Shown piece by piece: positions 11,659-20,575 of a DNA stretch of 64,000 nt (position 1 is the first letter of the stretch; every line of letters begins with the position of its first letter). The DNA is from Thermoplasmata archaeon (GTDB taxonomy: Archaea > Thermoplasmatota > Thermoplasmata > Lutacidiplasmatales > UBA184). The notes beneath the pieces were generated by a model, which saw nothing but the letters and a program-made list of their open reading frames with translations, ran no database searches and was not told the DNA's origin. The DNA lies in contig JAKAWX010000001.1 in assembly GCA_021816865.1 (NCBI GenBank), positions 124,739 through 188,738 on the forward strand, in the 5' to 3' direction. The position numbers were made by a program, and so were the translations under genes.

Positions 11659-12876
11659 CTACAGCGGGAACGGCGGCAACTCGGCGACCTTGCGGGGCGG
11701 AGAACGGACCTCGGCGCCTCGGTCGACCTGAACGGAGTCGACGTACGTGACCTCGTCGGCGACCGCCCGTTCGCTCACGCGAACCGTTCGGGCGAAGATC
11801 CGTCGCGCCTCCGCCCTCGCGCCGAGCTCGACATGGTCCCCGTAGATGTCCTCGGCGCGAGCGCGGTCGTCGAGCTCGACCGACCCGCCGACAAGCGGAC
11901 CGCTCGCGCGGGTACGGCGGCCAAGTCGAAGGCGCGCCGCCTTGAGGCCCGTCTCGGTCGCCACCGACCCACCGACCTCCGCGGTCGACGCGAACACCGC
12001 GTGGTGGGCGGCGAGCTTGCCCCCTACCTCGAGCCGGTCGCCCACGAGCTCGTCCCGGACGCTCACCGAACCGCCCGCCTCGAGCCGGCCGGTGAGCCGG
12101 AGCGCGCCGTCGGTCTCGAGCTTGCCGCCGACCTCGACGTCGGCGCCCTCGGCGGGAGAATGGATCGTTCCGATCCCCCCCACCTCGAGTGTCCGAAACT
12201 TGAACGGTCCCTGGACGTTGAACATCCCTCCGACTTCGACCGACCCCCCGGTCGCAGCCCCCCGGAGGTCGGCTACGCCCCCGACCTCGAGGGACCCGAA
12301 CGTGAGGTCCTCGTCGCTGACGAATCGCCCCCCGACCTCGATCGCTCCCCGGACCGTCCCGCCCTTGAGGCGGATGAGACCCCCCACCTCGAGCGACTCG
12401 ATCGTCACCAACGCAACGTCCACCGAGCCGCCGACCTCGACAGCCGACGCGGTCAACGGTCCCGCGAGGTGGAACCGCCCGCCGACGGAGACGCGCTGGG
12501 CGGTGAGCGAGCCGGCGCCGTCGAGGACCCCCCCGACCTCGAACTCCTGGGCGGTCGCGGCCCCGGCGATCGCGAGCCCCCGGTCGACGTCCACCCTGCG
12601 GGCGCGGAGCTCGCCGCCGACCTCCAGGGCACTGTCCGTGGCCCGGATGTCCTCGTGAACGACGAGGTCGCCGCCCACACGGACCGTCCCCTCGTCGCAC
12701 TCGAGGGATCGGCATTCGAGCGGGCCAGCGACCTCGGCGTTGCCCTCGAAGCGAGCCCGTCCGGTGACGACGAGCCGGGCGTCGACGTCGATCCGTGCGT
12801 TCGCTCCGACGATGAGGTCCCCCTCGACCGCGCCGAGGCGGGCATGGGTGCCCCGCGGGATCCGGGTCTCGGTCAT
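11659..12876 (-). CDS. bactofilin-like (polymer-forming, beta-helical) repeat protein
   Basis: 405 aa. It contains 11 exact EVGG motifs plus RVGG, SVGG, LVGG and EAGG, spaced about 17-22 aa apart (e.g. SALEVGGELRA, QEFEVGGVLDG, SAVEVGGSVDV, ESLEVGGLIRL). This resembles bactofilin/DUF583 beta-helix turns. Confidence 0.6.
   Translation of the reverse strand: MTETRIPRGTHARLGAVEGDLIVGANARIDVDARLVVTGRARFEGNAEVAGPLECRSLECDEGTVRVGGDLVVHEDIRATDSALEVGGELRARRVDVDRGLAIAGAATAQEFEVGGVLDGAGSLTAQRVSVGGRFHLAGPLTASAVEVGGSVDVALVTIESLEVGGLIRLKGGTVRGAIEVGGRFVSDEDLTFGSLEVGGVADLRGAATGGSVEVGGMFNVQGPFKFRTLEVGGIGTIHSPAEGADVEVGGKLETDGALRLTGRLEAGGSVSVRDELVGDRLEVGGKLAAHHAVFASTAEVGGSVATETGLKAARLRLGRRTRASGPLVGGSVELDDRARAEDIYGDHVELGARAEARRIFARTVRVSERAVADEVTYVDSVQVDRGAEVRSPPRKVAELPPFPL
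11880..12681 (-). repeat. intragenic degenerate tandem repeat encoding about 15 xVGG beta-helix turns
   Basis: GAGGTCGGCGG-type codon blocks recur throughout. The antisense frame reads as repeated PPTS (track ORF 11846..12658), which is the mirror image of the EVGG periodicity. Confidence 0.6.
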
Positions 12877-12899
12877 CCGAGCGCTCCAGGGCGGGGAGA

Positions 12900-12906
12900 C
12901 CTATAG
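12900..12906 (-). promoter_or_regulatory. TATA-like box (CCTATAG) about 27 nt upstream of the 12876 start
   Basis: This is the only AT-containing patch in the divergent spacer. The spacing fits a leaderless start. Confidence 0.35.
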
Positions 12907-12979
12907 GGGTTGGTCACGTCCGGTGACCACCCCGGAGGCGGTTCGGGGAGATGATAACCCCGAAATCCTACGGGCGCCC

Positions 12980-13678
12980 GTGAACGACTCGTTCGACCGC
13001 CTGCGCCGCGAGGTCGTCGCCTGCGTCCGGTGCCCGCGGCTCGTCCGCTACCGCGAGCGGGTCGCCGTGGAGAAGAAGAGGGAGTTCCGTGCCGAGACCT
13101 ATTGGGGACGCGGGGTCCCCGGATTCGGCGACCCGTCCGCCCGCCTCGTCGCCGTCGGACTCGCTCCGGCGGCGCACGGGTCGAACCGGACGGGACGGGT
13201 CTTCACCGGCGACCGCTCGGCGGCGTTCCTCGTCCGTGGGTTCCACGCCGCGGGCCTCGCGAACCAACCGACATCGACCCACGGCGGCGACGGGCTCCGC
13301 TACACGGACCTCTATCTGACGGCGGCGGTCCGGTGCGCCCCACCGGACAATCGGCCGAGCCCTTCCGAGCGGTCGAACTGCATGCCGTACCTCGACCGCG
13401 AGCTGCGCCTGCTCACGAACGCTCGGGCGATCCTCGCGCTCGGCGGGTTCGCCTGGGACGCGCTCCGGGACGCCGTGCCGACGGTCTACGGGGTCGAGCG
13501 TCCGTCGACGCCGTTCGCTCACGGAGCGTGCGCGCCTCTCGGCCCCGGTCGCCCGCTCCTGTGGGCCTCGTACCACCCGAGTCCGCAGAACACGAACACG
13601 GGGAAGCTCACCCACGCGATGTTCGTCGGGCTTCTCGAACGGATCCGGGCCTCGTACTCGGAGTCGTCGTCGTCCTGA
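12980..13678 (+). CDS. uracil-DNA glycosylase, family 5 (UdgB-like)
   Basis: GDPSARLVAVGLAPAAHGSNRTGRVFTGD matches the family-5 GLAPAAHG.NRTG motif. CVRCPRL and a C-terminal HPSPQN motif are present. I chose the GTG at 12980, which has ATGATAAC 25 nt upstream. An alternative is the GTG at 12923. Track ORF starts at 12740. Confidence 0.75.
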   Translation: MNDSFDRLRREVVACVRCPRLVRYRERVAVEKKREFRAETYWGRGVPGFGDPSARLVAVGLAPAAHGSNRTGRVFTGDRSAAFLVRGFHAAGLANQPTSTHGGDGLRYTDLYLTAAVRCAPPDNRPSPSERSNCMPYLDRELRLLTNARAILALGGFAWDALRDAVPTVYGVERPSTPFAHGACAPLGPGRPLLWASYHPSPQNTNTGKLTHAMFVGLLERIRASYSESSSS

Positions 13679-13851
13679 TCCCGGCGGTCGCGGCCTCGCT
13701 GAGGACTCGGGTGCCCGATCGGCCCGCTCCGATCGAGGGGGCTCGGTTGCGGCGCGATGGGCCGAGGGTGTCGGCCGACACGTCCGCTGGACGGCGGACC
13801 GCGTCGGCGGCGCTACGAAAGAGATAATCTCTCCCGCGGGTCGCCGGACCG

Positions 13852-15834
13852 ATGGGCAACTTCGAGGTGCTCGAGCGGGACGGACTCGCGCGTCTCGGTC
13901 GGTTCGAGACTCCCCACGGACCCATCGAGACGCCCGCACTCCTCCCGGTCGTCCATCCGGACCCCGAACGGCAGCCCGTACCCCCCCTCGAGATGCGCCG
14001 GCGGCTCGGGGTCCGGGCGGTCATCACTTCGTCGTACATCATCTGGAGAACCCCACCCCTGAGGGCGGTCGCCGAGGCGGAGGGGGTTCACGGCCTCCTC
14101 CGGTTCGACGGACCCGTGATGACCGACTCCGGTGCCTTCCAGCAGCACGCGTACGGCTCGGTCGAGGTCGGACCCGAAGAGATCCTCGCGTTCCAGGGAC
14201 GGATCGGCTCCGACATCGCCACCGTGCTCGACATCTTCACGGAGCCCGAGACGGCCCACGACGCGGCCGCCGAAGCCCTCGCATCGACCCTCGAGCGGGC
14301 TCGACATGCTCGCTCCGCCCGCGCGGGCCTGCTCGCGGTGCCCGTCCAGGGGGGTGCGCACGACGACCTGCGCGCCCTCAGCGCGGCCTCCGCGAGCGCT
14401 CTCGGCGACGTCCTTGCGGTCGGAGGCGTCGTCCCCCTGATGGAACAGTACCGGTTCCCCGAGCTCGTCCGTGAGATCGCGGCCGCGCGCCCGTTCCTCG
14501 GCTCCGGCTCTGCCGTCCATCTCTTCGGGACCGGCCACCCGATGACGTTCGCCCTCGCCGCGCTCTTCGGGGTCGACCTGTTCGACTCGTCGGCGTACCA
14601 CAAGTTCGCCCGCCGGGGCAGCCTCCTCTTTCCCGAGGGAACGGTGCCGATCGACGACCTTCGCGACGCGGTCTGCCACTGCTTTCTGTGCGGGGAGATG
14701 CCCCTCACCGAGGTCGCGCGGCGCCCGACGGAGGAGCGGGAACGGCGGATGGCGTTCCACAACCTGCTCGCGTCGGTCGAGGAGGTCGGGAGGGTGCGGC
14801 GGGCGATCCGGGAGGGCACCCTCTGGGAGCTCGCCGAGCGGCGGGCCACGGCCCACCCCGCGCTGCGGGCCGGCCTCGCGGAGGCGCGGCTCCGTCCGGA
14901 GGTCTTCTGGCCGACCGAACCCGAGAGCCGTAGGGCGTTCCGGGAGACCGGCCCCGACAGCCGGGAGCGTCCCGCGGTCGTCCGATTCCGGGCCCGGGTC
15001 GGAGAGTACGTCGCGCGCCACGCGGGCCCGTGGAGGTCGCTCTCCCGGATCCCCCTGCGCCCCGAGTACCTCGCGCGCGTGCCGGCGGACGACCGCTCGG
15101 GCGTTGAGGTCGCCTGGGAGGCACCGACGCCGCTCGGTCCCGTGCCGCTCGAACTCACCGAGCTCTACCCGATCGGTCCGTATCTCGGGATCGAGGAATT
15201 CTCGGACCCGCCCCGCCACCGGCCTCCGTCGGTGGCCGCCGCGGAGGCGGCGCGGGAGCTTCGCGACGGCGCCGACCTCGCTCGCGATTGGACCGAAGAC
15301 TGGACGCGTCGCCAGGTGCGCGCCCTCCTCGACTGGCAGTATGGCCCCGAGGTCGCCGCCGCGATGGCCCCGTCGCTGGTCGGGGAGCGTTCCCGTCGCA
15401 CGGGACGACTCCGGACGCTCGAGGACCGAGCGGGCACCCTCCTGTTCCACGTCGGCACCGACTCGGTCGCCCGCCCGAACTACCGGGGGGCGGAGCGACT
15501 GCGCGGACACCTCGGGGTCGGCCGGCACCGGCTCGTCGTGGCGGACGACGCGGTCCCGTTCGTTCGCGGCGGCCGAAGCCTCTTCGCCCGGTTCGTCGAG
15601 CGCGCCGACCCCTCGCTCGTCCCGGGGATGTCGGCGCTGTTGGTCGACCGGTCCGACACGCTGCTTGGCGTGGGACGACTCGTTCTCGCGCCGCACGAGA
15701 TGGCCCAGATGTCGCGGGGCGTCGCCGCCCGGGTCACGGCGCACGCCGGGAGCCCCGAGACCGCTGAGGATGACGAGGCCGCCCAACCCCCCTCCGACCC
15801 CGGAATCGACTCGACTCGAGAGCGTGAGGTTTAA
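13852..15834 (+). CDS. tgtA: archaeosine tRNA-guanine transglycosylase (ArcTGT) with a C-terminal PUA region
   Basis: MGNFEVLERDGLARLGRFETPHGPIETPALLPVV..., DSGAFQ, and the zinc motif CHCFLCGEMP. At 660 aa it is archaeal-length. A GATAATC box lies at 13823-13829. Confidence 0.9.
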   Translation: MGNFEVLERDGLARLGRFETPHGPIETPALLPVVHPDPERQPVPPLEMRRRLGVRAVITSSYIIWRTPPLRAVAEAEGVHGLLRFDGPVMTDSGAFQQHAYGSVEVGPEEILAFQGRIGSDIATVLDIFTEPETAHDAAAEALASTLERARHARSARAGLLAVPVQGGAHDDLRALSAASASALGDVLAVGGVVPLMEQYRFPELVREIAAARPFLGSGSAVHLFGTGHPMTFALAALFGVDLFDSSAYHKFARRGSLLFPEGTVPIDDLRDAVCHCFLCGEMPLTEVARRPTEERERRMAFHNLLASVEEVGRVRRAIREGTLWELAERRATAHPALRAGLAEARLRPEVFWPTEPESRRAFRETGPDSRERPAVVRFRARVGEYVARHAGPWRSLSRIPLRPEYLARVPADDRSGVEVAWEAPTPLGPVPLELTELYPIGPYLGIEEFSDPPRHRPPSVAAAEAARELRDGADLARDWTEDWTRRQVRALLDWQYGPEVAAAMAPSLVGERSRRTGRLRTLEDRAGTLLFHVGTDSVARPNYRGAERLRGHLGVGRHRLVVADDAVPFVRGGRSLFARFVERADPSLVPGMSALLVDRSDTLLGVGRLVLAPHEMAQMSRGVAARVTAHAGSPETAEDDEAAQPPSDPGIDSTREREV

Positions 15835-15876
15835 AGGTCGGCGCGGTTCGCCGGGCGCGGCGGCCCCGGGTACCCG

Positions 15877-16107
15877 ATGACGAAGACGTTCCTCCTCCTC
15901 CAGCTCGACAGCGAAGGTGCGCCGTACTCCGAGGTCGCTGAGGTCCTCGAGAACCTCGGGTTCCGGCCCGAGACCGAGGGGTACGATTTCGTGTACGACT
16001 GGGGCCGGGACGCGAGCGTCTCCGAGGTGCTCGGGCTCGCGGACCGGATCCAGGAGGCCCTGAGGGGCCAGCGAGTGTTCTTCCGGATCGAGTCGACGGA
16101 CGAGTAG
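15877..16107 (+). CDS. small conserved-looking hypothetical protein (76 aa)
   Basis: The composition is not low-complexity (MTKTFLLLQLDSEGAPYSEVAEVLENLGFRPETEGYDFVYDWGRD...) and GC3 is high. I recognise no family. Confidence 0.5.
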   Translation: MTKTFLLLQLDSEGAPYSEVAEVLENLGFRPETEGYDFVYDWGRDASVSEVLGLADRIQEALRGQRVFFRIESTDE

Positions 16108-16159
16108 ACTCCCGGCGCCTTTAGTCGGCGCTTATTAGCGCCCGTCGGCTGGTCGTGCG

Positions 16160-17146
16160 ATGGTCGTCCTCGGGATCGAGTCGACCGCCCACACCGCGTC
16201 GGTCGGCATCGTCGACGAGCGCGCGGAGGTGCTCGGGCTCGCCTCCGACATGTACCGGCCCGCCCTCGGGGGGATCCACCCCCGGGAGGCCGCGAACCAC
16301 CACGTGGAGGTCCTCCCGGGCCTCGTCGAACAGGCGCTCGAGCGGGCGCGCGTCCGACCGAGCGAGGTCGACGCGGTCGCGTTCTCGCAGGGGCCGGGGC
16401 TCGGACCGTGCCTGCGCGCGGGCGCGACGGTCGCCCGGGTCCTCTCCCTCGCCTGGAAACGGCCGCTCGTACCGGTGAACCACTGCGTCGCCCACGTCGA
16501 GATCGCGCGCGTGCTGAGCGGGCTCGACGACCCGCTCCTCCTCTACGCGAGCGGAGGGAACACGCAGGTGATCGCGTACGGCCGGGGACGCTACCGCGTG
16601 CTCGGGGAGACGCTCGATATCGGTGTCGGCAATTTCCTCGACAAGCTTTGGATCGGCCTCGGCGGGACGTTCCCGGGCGGTCCCGCGCTCGAGGCCGAAG
16701 CGCGGACCGGCACGGAGCTGCACGCCCTGCCGTACTCCGTGCACGGCATGGACGTCGCGTTCTCGGGGATGCTGACCGCGACCCTCGCGCTCCACGCGAA
16801 GGGAACGCCCCGGCCCGACCTCGCCTACTCCGTCGAGACGACCGCCTACGCGATGCTCACCGAGATCACCGAGCGGGCGCTCGCGCACCGCGGGAGGAAC
16901 TCGGTCGTCCTCGGCGGGGGCGTCGCGTGCAACGAACGGTTGCGCGGGATGGTCCGGGCGATGGTCGAGGGACGCGGCGGAACGATGTTCGCTCCGCCCC
17001 GATCGCTGTGCGTCGACAACGGCGCGATGATCGCGTGGACCGGGCATCTCGCCCATCGCGCGGGCGTCTCGGTGGACGTCCCCGACTCGGCGGTGCTTCC
17101 CCGGCAGCGGACCGACCTCGTTTCGACTCCCTGGCGGGCCGGGTAG
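16160..17146 (+). CDS. kae1: tRNA N6-adenosine threonylcarbamoyltransferase Kae1
   Basis: VLGIESTAHTASVGIV..., GGIHPREAANHH, NHCVAHVE, SGGNTQV, VLGGGVACNERLR. A CTTATTAG box lies at 16131-16138, 25 nt upstream of the ATG. Confidence 0.9.
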   Translation: MVVLGIESTAHTASVGIVDERAEVLGLASDMYRPALGGIHPREAANHHVEVLPGLVEQALERARVRPSEVDAVAFSQGPGLGPCLRAGATVARVLSLAWKRPLVPVNHCVAHVEIARVLSGLDDPLLLYASGGNTQVIAYGRGRYRVLGETLDIGVGNFLDKLWIGLGGTFPGGPALEAEARTGTELHALPYSVHGMDVAFSGMLTATLALHAKGTPRPDLAYSVETTAYAMLTEITERALAHRGRNSVVLGGGVACNERLRGMVRAMVEGRGGTMFAPPRSLCVDNGAMIAWTGHLAHRAGVSVDVPDSAVLPRQRTDLVSTPWRAG

Positions 17147-17156
17147 CCCTCGAACG

Positions 17157-18425
17157 ATGGACGCACCCGCGGGACGGCCGCCCGAGCGGTGGGACGTGCT
17201 CGTCGTCGGGGCGGGGCCGGCGGGGTCGACCGCCGCGTACCGGCTCGCCCAGCGGGGCCACTCGGTCCTGGTCGTCGAGGAGCACGGCAAGGTCGGCCAG
17301 CCGGTCCAGTGCGCGGGACTCGTCTCCCGGCGGGTCCTCGACCTCGCCGGGTCCGAGTCGATGGTGCGCGCGACCGTGTGCGGCGCGAGCGTCTTCGGCC
17401 CGGGCCTCGGGTCGGTCTCGTTCCGCGCCCCCGAGCCCCGGGCGTTCGTCATCGACCGCGCGGGCCTCGACGTTCACCTCGCCGACCGGGCCGCGCGCGC
17501 GGGCGCCGAGTACCGGACGTCGACGCGGTTCGACCGGCTCCTCCCGGGTCCGGTCGACGGCGTGCGGGTCCGGCTCCTCGACGGCGAGGACGCGCCGATC
17601 GAGGTGACCGCCCGGCTCGTGATCGGGGCCGACGGGGTCGCGAGCGCGGTCGCGCGCGCCTTCCGGCTCCGCCGGCCGGTCGAGATCCTGCCCGCCTTCG
17701 AGGCCGAGTTCCCGGCGAGCCCGGGGGACCCGGACGCGGTCGAGGTCTACCTGGGTCGGCGGTTCGCGCCCGGGCTCTTCGGTTGGTGGATCCCCGACGG
17801 CGCGGGGGGCGCGCGCGTTGGGGTCGCCGCGGACGCGGACGGGACGTCGGCCCGCGCGTACTACCTGCGGCTCCTCGAGCATCTCGCGAAGAGGTTCGGG
17901 CGCCCCCTCGGGAGCCCGACCGCGTACCTCGTCTCGGGGATCCCGATCGGCACCCTGCCGAAGACCCACGGCGACCGCGTGCTCTTGGTCGGCGACGCGG
18001 CGGCCCAGGTGAAGCCGCTGTCGGGCGGCGGGATCTTCACGGGGATGACCGGCGCGGAGATCGCCGCGCGGGTCGCCGACGAGGCGCTGCGGGCCAACGA
18101 CCTCTCGGCGGCAGCGCTCGCCGAGTACGACCGCCGCTGGACCGCCGGGCTCGGAGAGGAGTTCCGGCGCGCGCACTACCTCAGGCGCGTCTTCACGCGA
18201 CTCTCGGACGCCGACCTCGACGCCATCGTCCGCGCCCTCGGGTCGTCGGAATCGCCGGCGACGATCGTCGCGTTCGGGGACATCGACTTCCCTACGCACG
18301 TCGTGCGGGAGCTGCTGCGGACCTCCCCGTCGCTCGTTCGGCTCCTCCCGAAGGCGCTCGGGGCCTGGGTCTCGTCGGGCGCCTACCTCGCCCCGGACGT
18401 CGAGCCGGGGCCTCTGCGGAAGTAG
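17157..18425 (+). CDS. geranylgeranyl reductase family flavoprotein (likely digeranylgeranylglycerophospholipid reductase)
   Basis: FAD-binding motif DVLVVGAGPAGSTAAYRLAQRGHSVLVVEE, followed by CAGLVS and LVGDAAAQVKPLSGGGI. Confidence 0.85.
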   Translation: MDAPAGRPPERWDVLVVGAGPAGSTAAYRLAQRGHSVLVVEEHGKVGQPVQCAGLVSRRVLDLAGSESMVRATVCGASVFGPGLGSVSFRAPEPRAFVIDRAGLDVHLADRAARAGAEYRTSTRFDRLLPGPVDGVRVRLLDGEDAPIEVTARLVIGADGVASAVARAFRLRRPVEILPAFEAEFPASPGDPDAVEVYLGRRFAPGLFGWWIPDGAGGARVGVAADADGTSARAYYLRLLEHLAKRFGRPLGSPTAYLVSGIPIGTLPKTHGDRVLLVGDAAAQVKPLSGGGIFTGMTGAEIAARVADEALRANDLSAAALAEYDRRWTAGLGEEFRRAHYLRRVFTRLSDADLDAIVRALGSSESPATIVAFGDIDFPTHVVRELLRTSPSLVRLLPKALGAWVSSGAYLAPDVEPGPLRK

Positions 18426-19132
18426 ACCCACGCGCCGGCGCCGACGAGCACGACAGAGCCGGCCAGGAGGGCGCCGAGCACCCAGCCCCAGTCCGAGGCG
18501 GCGACCTCGACGGCGGTCTCGGGAGTCACGCCCGAGACACCGAGACGGCTCAGGTTCAGCGTCACGCTCCCGTTCGGCAGCTCGGTCGCCGCCTGCCACA
18601 CCGATGCGGTGAACCATCCGCGCGACTCGAGGAGATAGGACGTGCCGTTCGTGGCAAGAGTGAAGGAGAGCGCGGTCCGCACCGCGTACGCACCGCTCCC
18701 GGTGGTGTCGGACGTCACGACGCCCACCGACCCCCGGTAGACACTCGCGTTCGTGAGGGTGCCGACCGACACGTTGGCGACCGGACCCGACGACGTGGGT
18801 GTCGTGAGGTCGGGCGCCCCGGCGACCGGGGCGAACGACGGCCCCCCGCCCGGAAAGCCGTTGAACGCGTAGACCTCGAACGTCACGACGAGCGAGTCGA
18901 GGGCGCTCGGGAGCGGGTCGGCGACCGTGAACGCCACCGTCCCCGTGCTTCCCGGCGCGAGGGTGGGGGCGCTCAGGTTGCCGAGGAACGCCCTCGAGAG
19001 CCCGAGCGGGAGCGGCGGAGCGCTCCCGCCGCTCGCGGGCACGGGGAGCCCGGTCCCGAGGAGCACGAGGGCGATCGAGAGCGTGAGGGCGGTAGGCACC
19101 GCGCGCGTCGGGCCGGCGGACCGTCTAACCAA
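18383..19132 (-). CDS. secreted, C-terminally membrane-anchored protein with N-glycosylation sequons
   Basis: It has an N-terminal signal-like segment (TALTLSIALVLLGTGLPVPASG), several NxS/T sequons (NLS, NVS, NAS, NGT, NGS) and a C-terminal TM (WGWVLGALLAGSVVLVGAGAWVYF) followed by RRG. Its start overlaps the stop of the upstream peptidase gene by 8 nt. Confidence 0.6.
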   Translation of the reverse strand: MVRRSAGPTRAVPTALTLSIALVLLGTGLPVPASGGSAPPLPLGLSRAFLGNLSAPTLAPGSTGTVAFTVADPLPSALDSLVVTFEVYAFNGFPGGGPSFAPVAGAPDLTTPTSSGPVANVSVGTLTNASVYRGSVGVVTSDTTGSGAYAVRTALSFTLATNGTSYLLESRGWFTASVWQAATELPNGSVTLNLSRLGVSGVTPETAVEVAASDWGWVLGALLAGSVVLVGAGAWVYFRRGPGSTSGAR

Positions 19133-20036
19133 CGGGCTCCTCCGGGTACTCCCCGCTCTCGGCGAGCGCGACGAGCCGCCGGATCCGCTCGACCGTCTCG
19201 CGCCGCCCCCGCCGGCCGCGGACGCCGAGGAGCGCCACCGGGCCGGGGTATCGGCGGGGGTACCGGCCCCGGTCGCCGGCGAGCCCGGCCTTGAAGAGGG
19301 CCCGGGCGAGCGCGCGGGGCCGCCGGGTGAGCTCGACCGCGTCGAGATCCGCCCGGTACTCCTCGCGCCGGGTCAACGAGGCGCTGAGGAGCGCGAAGAT
19401 GGGGTCCCAGCGCATCATGCGGGAGAGCATCCGGATGAACGTGAGGTAGCGACCGTCGAGCTCGCGGATGTGTCCGAGCTCGTGCGCGACGACCGCCTCC
19501 CACTCCTCGACGGTCAGCCGCTCGAGAAGCCCCTCCGACACGAGGATCACGTCCCGACGGAAATGCCGAAGGCCGCGACCCCGCTCGAGCACGGTGAACG
19601 TGAAAGCGTCCGGACGCGCCGACGGGAACGCGTAGAGGGCGACCGAAGCGGGCCGGGCCGCGAGCGTTGGGGGCCAGGAGAGGGGCCGGGCCACGACCAG
19701 CCGAAGGATCCCCCGAGCGACCGCTTGGCTCACGACGAAGGCGACCAGGAACACCGCGAACGCCCCGGCGGCACCGAGGACCCAGAGGACGAGGAATCGG
19801 CCCTCGAAGAGAGCCAGAGGGCTCGCGATCAACCGCTCGATGCCCCGGAACCCTCCGTTCGAAAGGACCCAGAGGAGCGCGGTGGTCGCGAGGACGGCCC
19901 AGGAGGCGAGGAACGCCGCGGCGAGACGCAGGACGGTCGGGGAGGTCGACCGACGGTAGGCCGCCCGGAGGCCGATGCCGATCCCCACCCACGCGAGGAC
20001 CGGCAGGTACGTGACGGCGATGGGTGCGAGCGCCAT
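19125..20036 (-). CDS. BlaR1-like / M48-M56 family membrane metallopeptidase
   Basis: Four N-terminal TM segments, then HELGHIRELDG (HExxH) and a downstream EEYRAD. It sits directly downstream of a BlaI-type repressor gene. Confidence 0.75.
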   Translation of the reverse strand: MALAPIAVTYLPVLAWVGIGIGLRAAYRRSTSPTVLRLAAAFLASWAVLATTALLWVLSNGGFRGIERLIASPLALFEGRFLVLWVLGAAGAFAVFLVAFVVSQAVARGILRLVVARPLSWPPTLAARPASVALYAFPSARPDAFTFTVLERGRGLRHFRRDVILVSEGLLERLTVEEWEAVVAHELGHIRELDGRYLTFIRMLSRMMRWDPIFALLSASLTRREEYRADLDAVELTRRPRALARALFKAGLAGDRGRYPRRYPGPVALLGVRGRRGRRETVERIRRLVALAESGEYPEEPVG

Positions 20037-20052
20037 GGCGCGATGCCGAGGG

Positions 20053-20412
20053 TCAATCGAGCCCGAGGCGACGGCGGAGCTCGCGCTCCTGCGTCGGGTC
20101 GAGCTTGGACAGTTCCTCGTTCAGGTGGACCACTCCCGCCGGGCCGAACATCGCCACGACGCCCCTCAGGAGATTCACGAGGTATTTCTGCTCGACGTTC
20201 ACGGGCCGGTAGACGTACCGCTCGCCTCCCCGGCAGGTTTCGCGACGACGACGGACCAGCCCTTTCGCGTGCAGACGGGCCAGGATCGTCGCGACCGTCG
20301 TGTAGGCGACCCGCACCCCCCGACGTTCGAGGGCTTCGCGGACCTCTCGGGCGGGCGCGGCTTTCAGCTCGCGCAACGACGTCAGGACCTCCGCCTCGAG
20401 CGAGCCCAGCAT
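20053..20412 (-). CDS. BlaI/MecI/CopY family transcriptional repressor
   Basis: MLGSLEAEVLTSLRELKAAPAREVREALERRGVRVAYTTVATILARLHAKGLVRRRR...YVYRP is the winged-helix penicillinase-repressor pattern. I trimmed the start from track ORF 20646 to the internal ATG, giving 119 aa. Confidence 0.8.
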   Translation of the reverse strand: MLGSLEAEVLTSLRELKAAPAREVREALERRGVRVAYTTVATILARLHAKGLVRRRRETCRGGERYVYRPVNVEQKYLVNLLRGVVAMFGPAGVVHLNEELSKLDPTQERELRRRLGLD

Positions 20413-20575
20413 CCGGATCCCGACCTCTTCGAGCCGGACTCGCTCCTTAAACGATGCGTCGCACGAGAACGAACCGGTTCGTACCCTACGCATTTCAAGA
20501 CCGTCGCTCGGGCGCCGGAGGGGGCGGCTCCACGCCCGAGCAAGTGTTAATGGCCCGACCCCGTTCCGCGCCCCG

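Noticed and set aside
11846-12658. A plus-strand 270-aa ORF has a striking PPTS repeat.
   Set aside because: It is the antisense shadow of the EVGG repeat gene (GAGGTCGGCGG read backwards). The minus-strand frame has the protein-like composition, a promoter and operon context.
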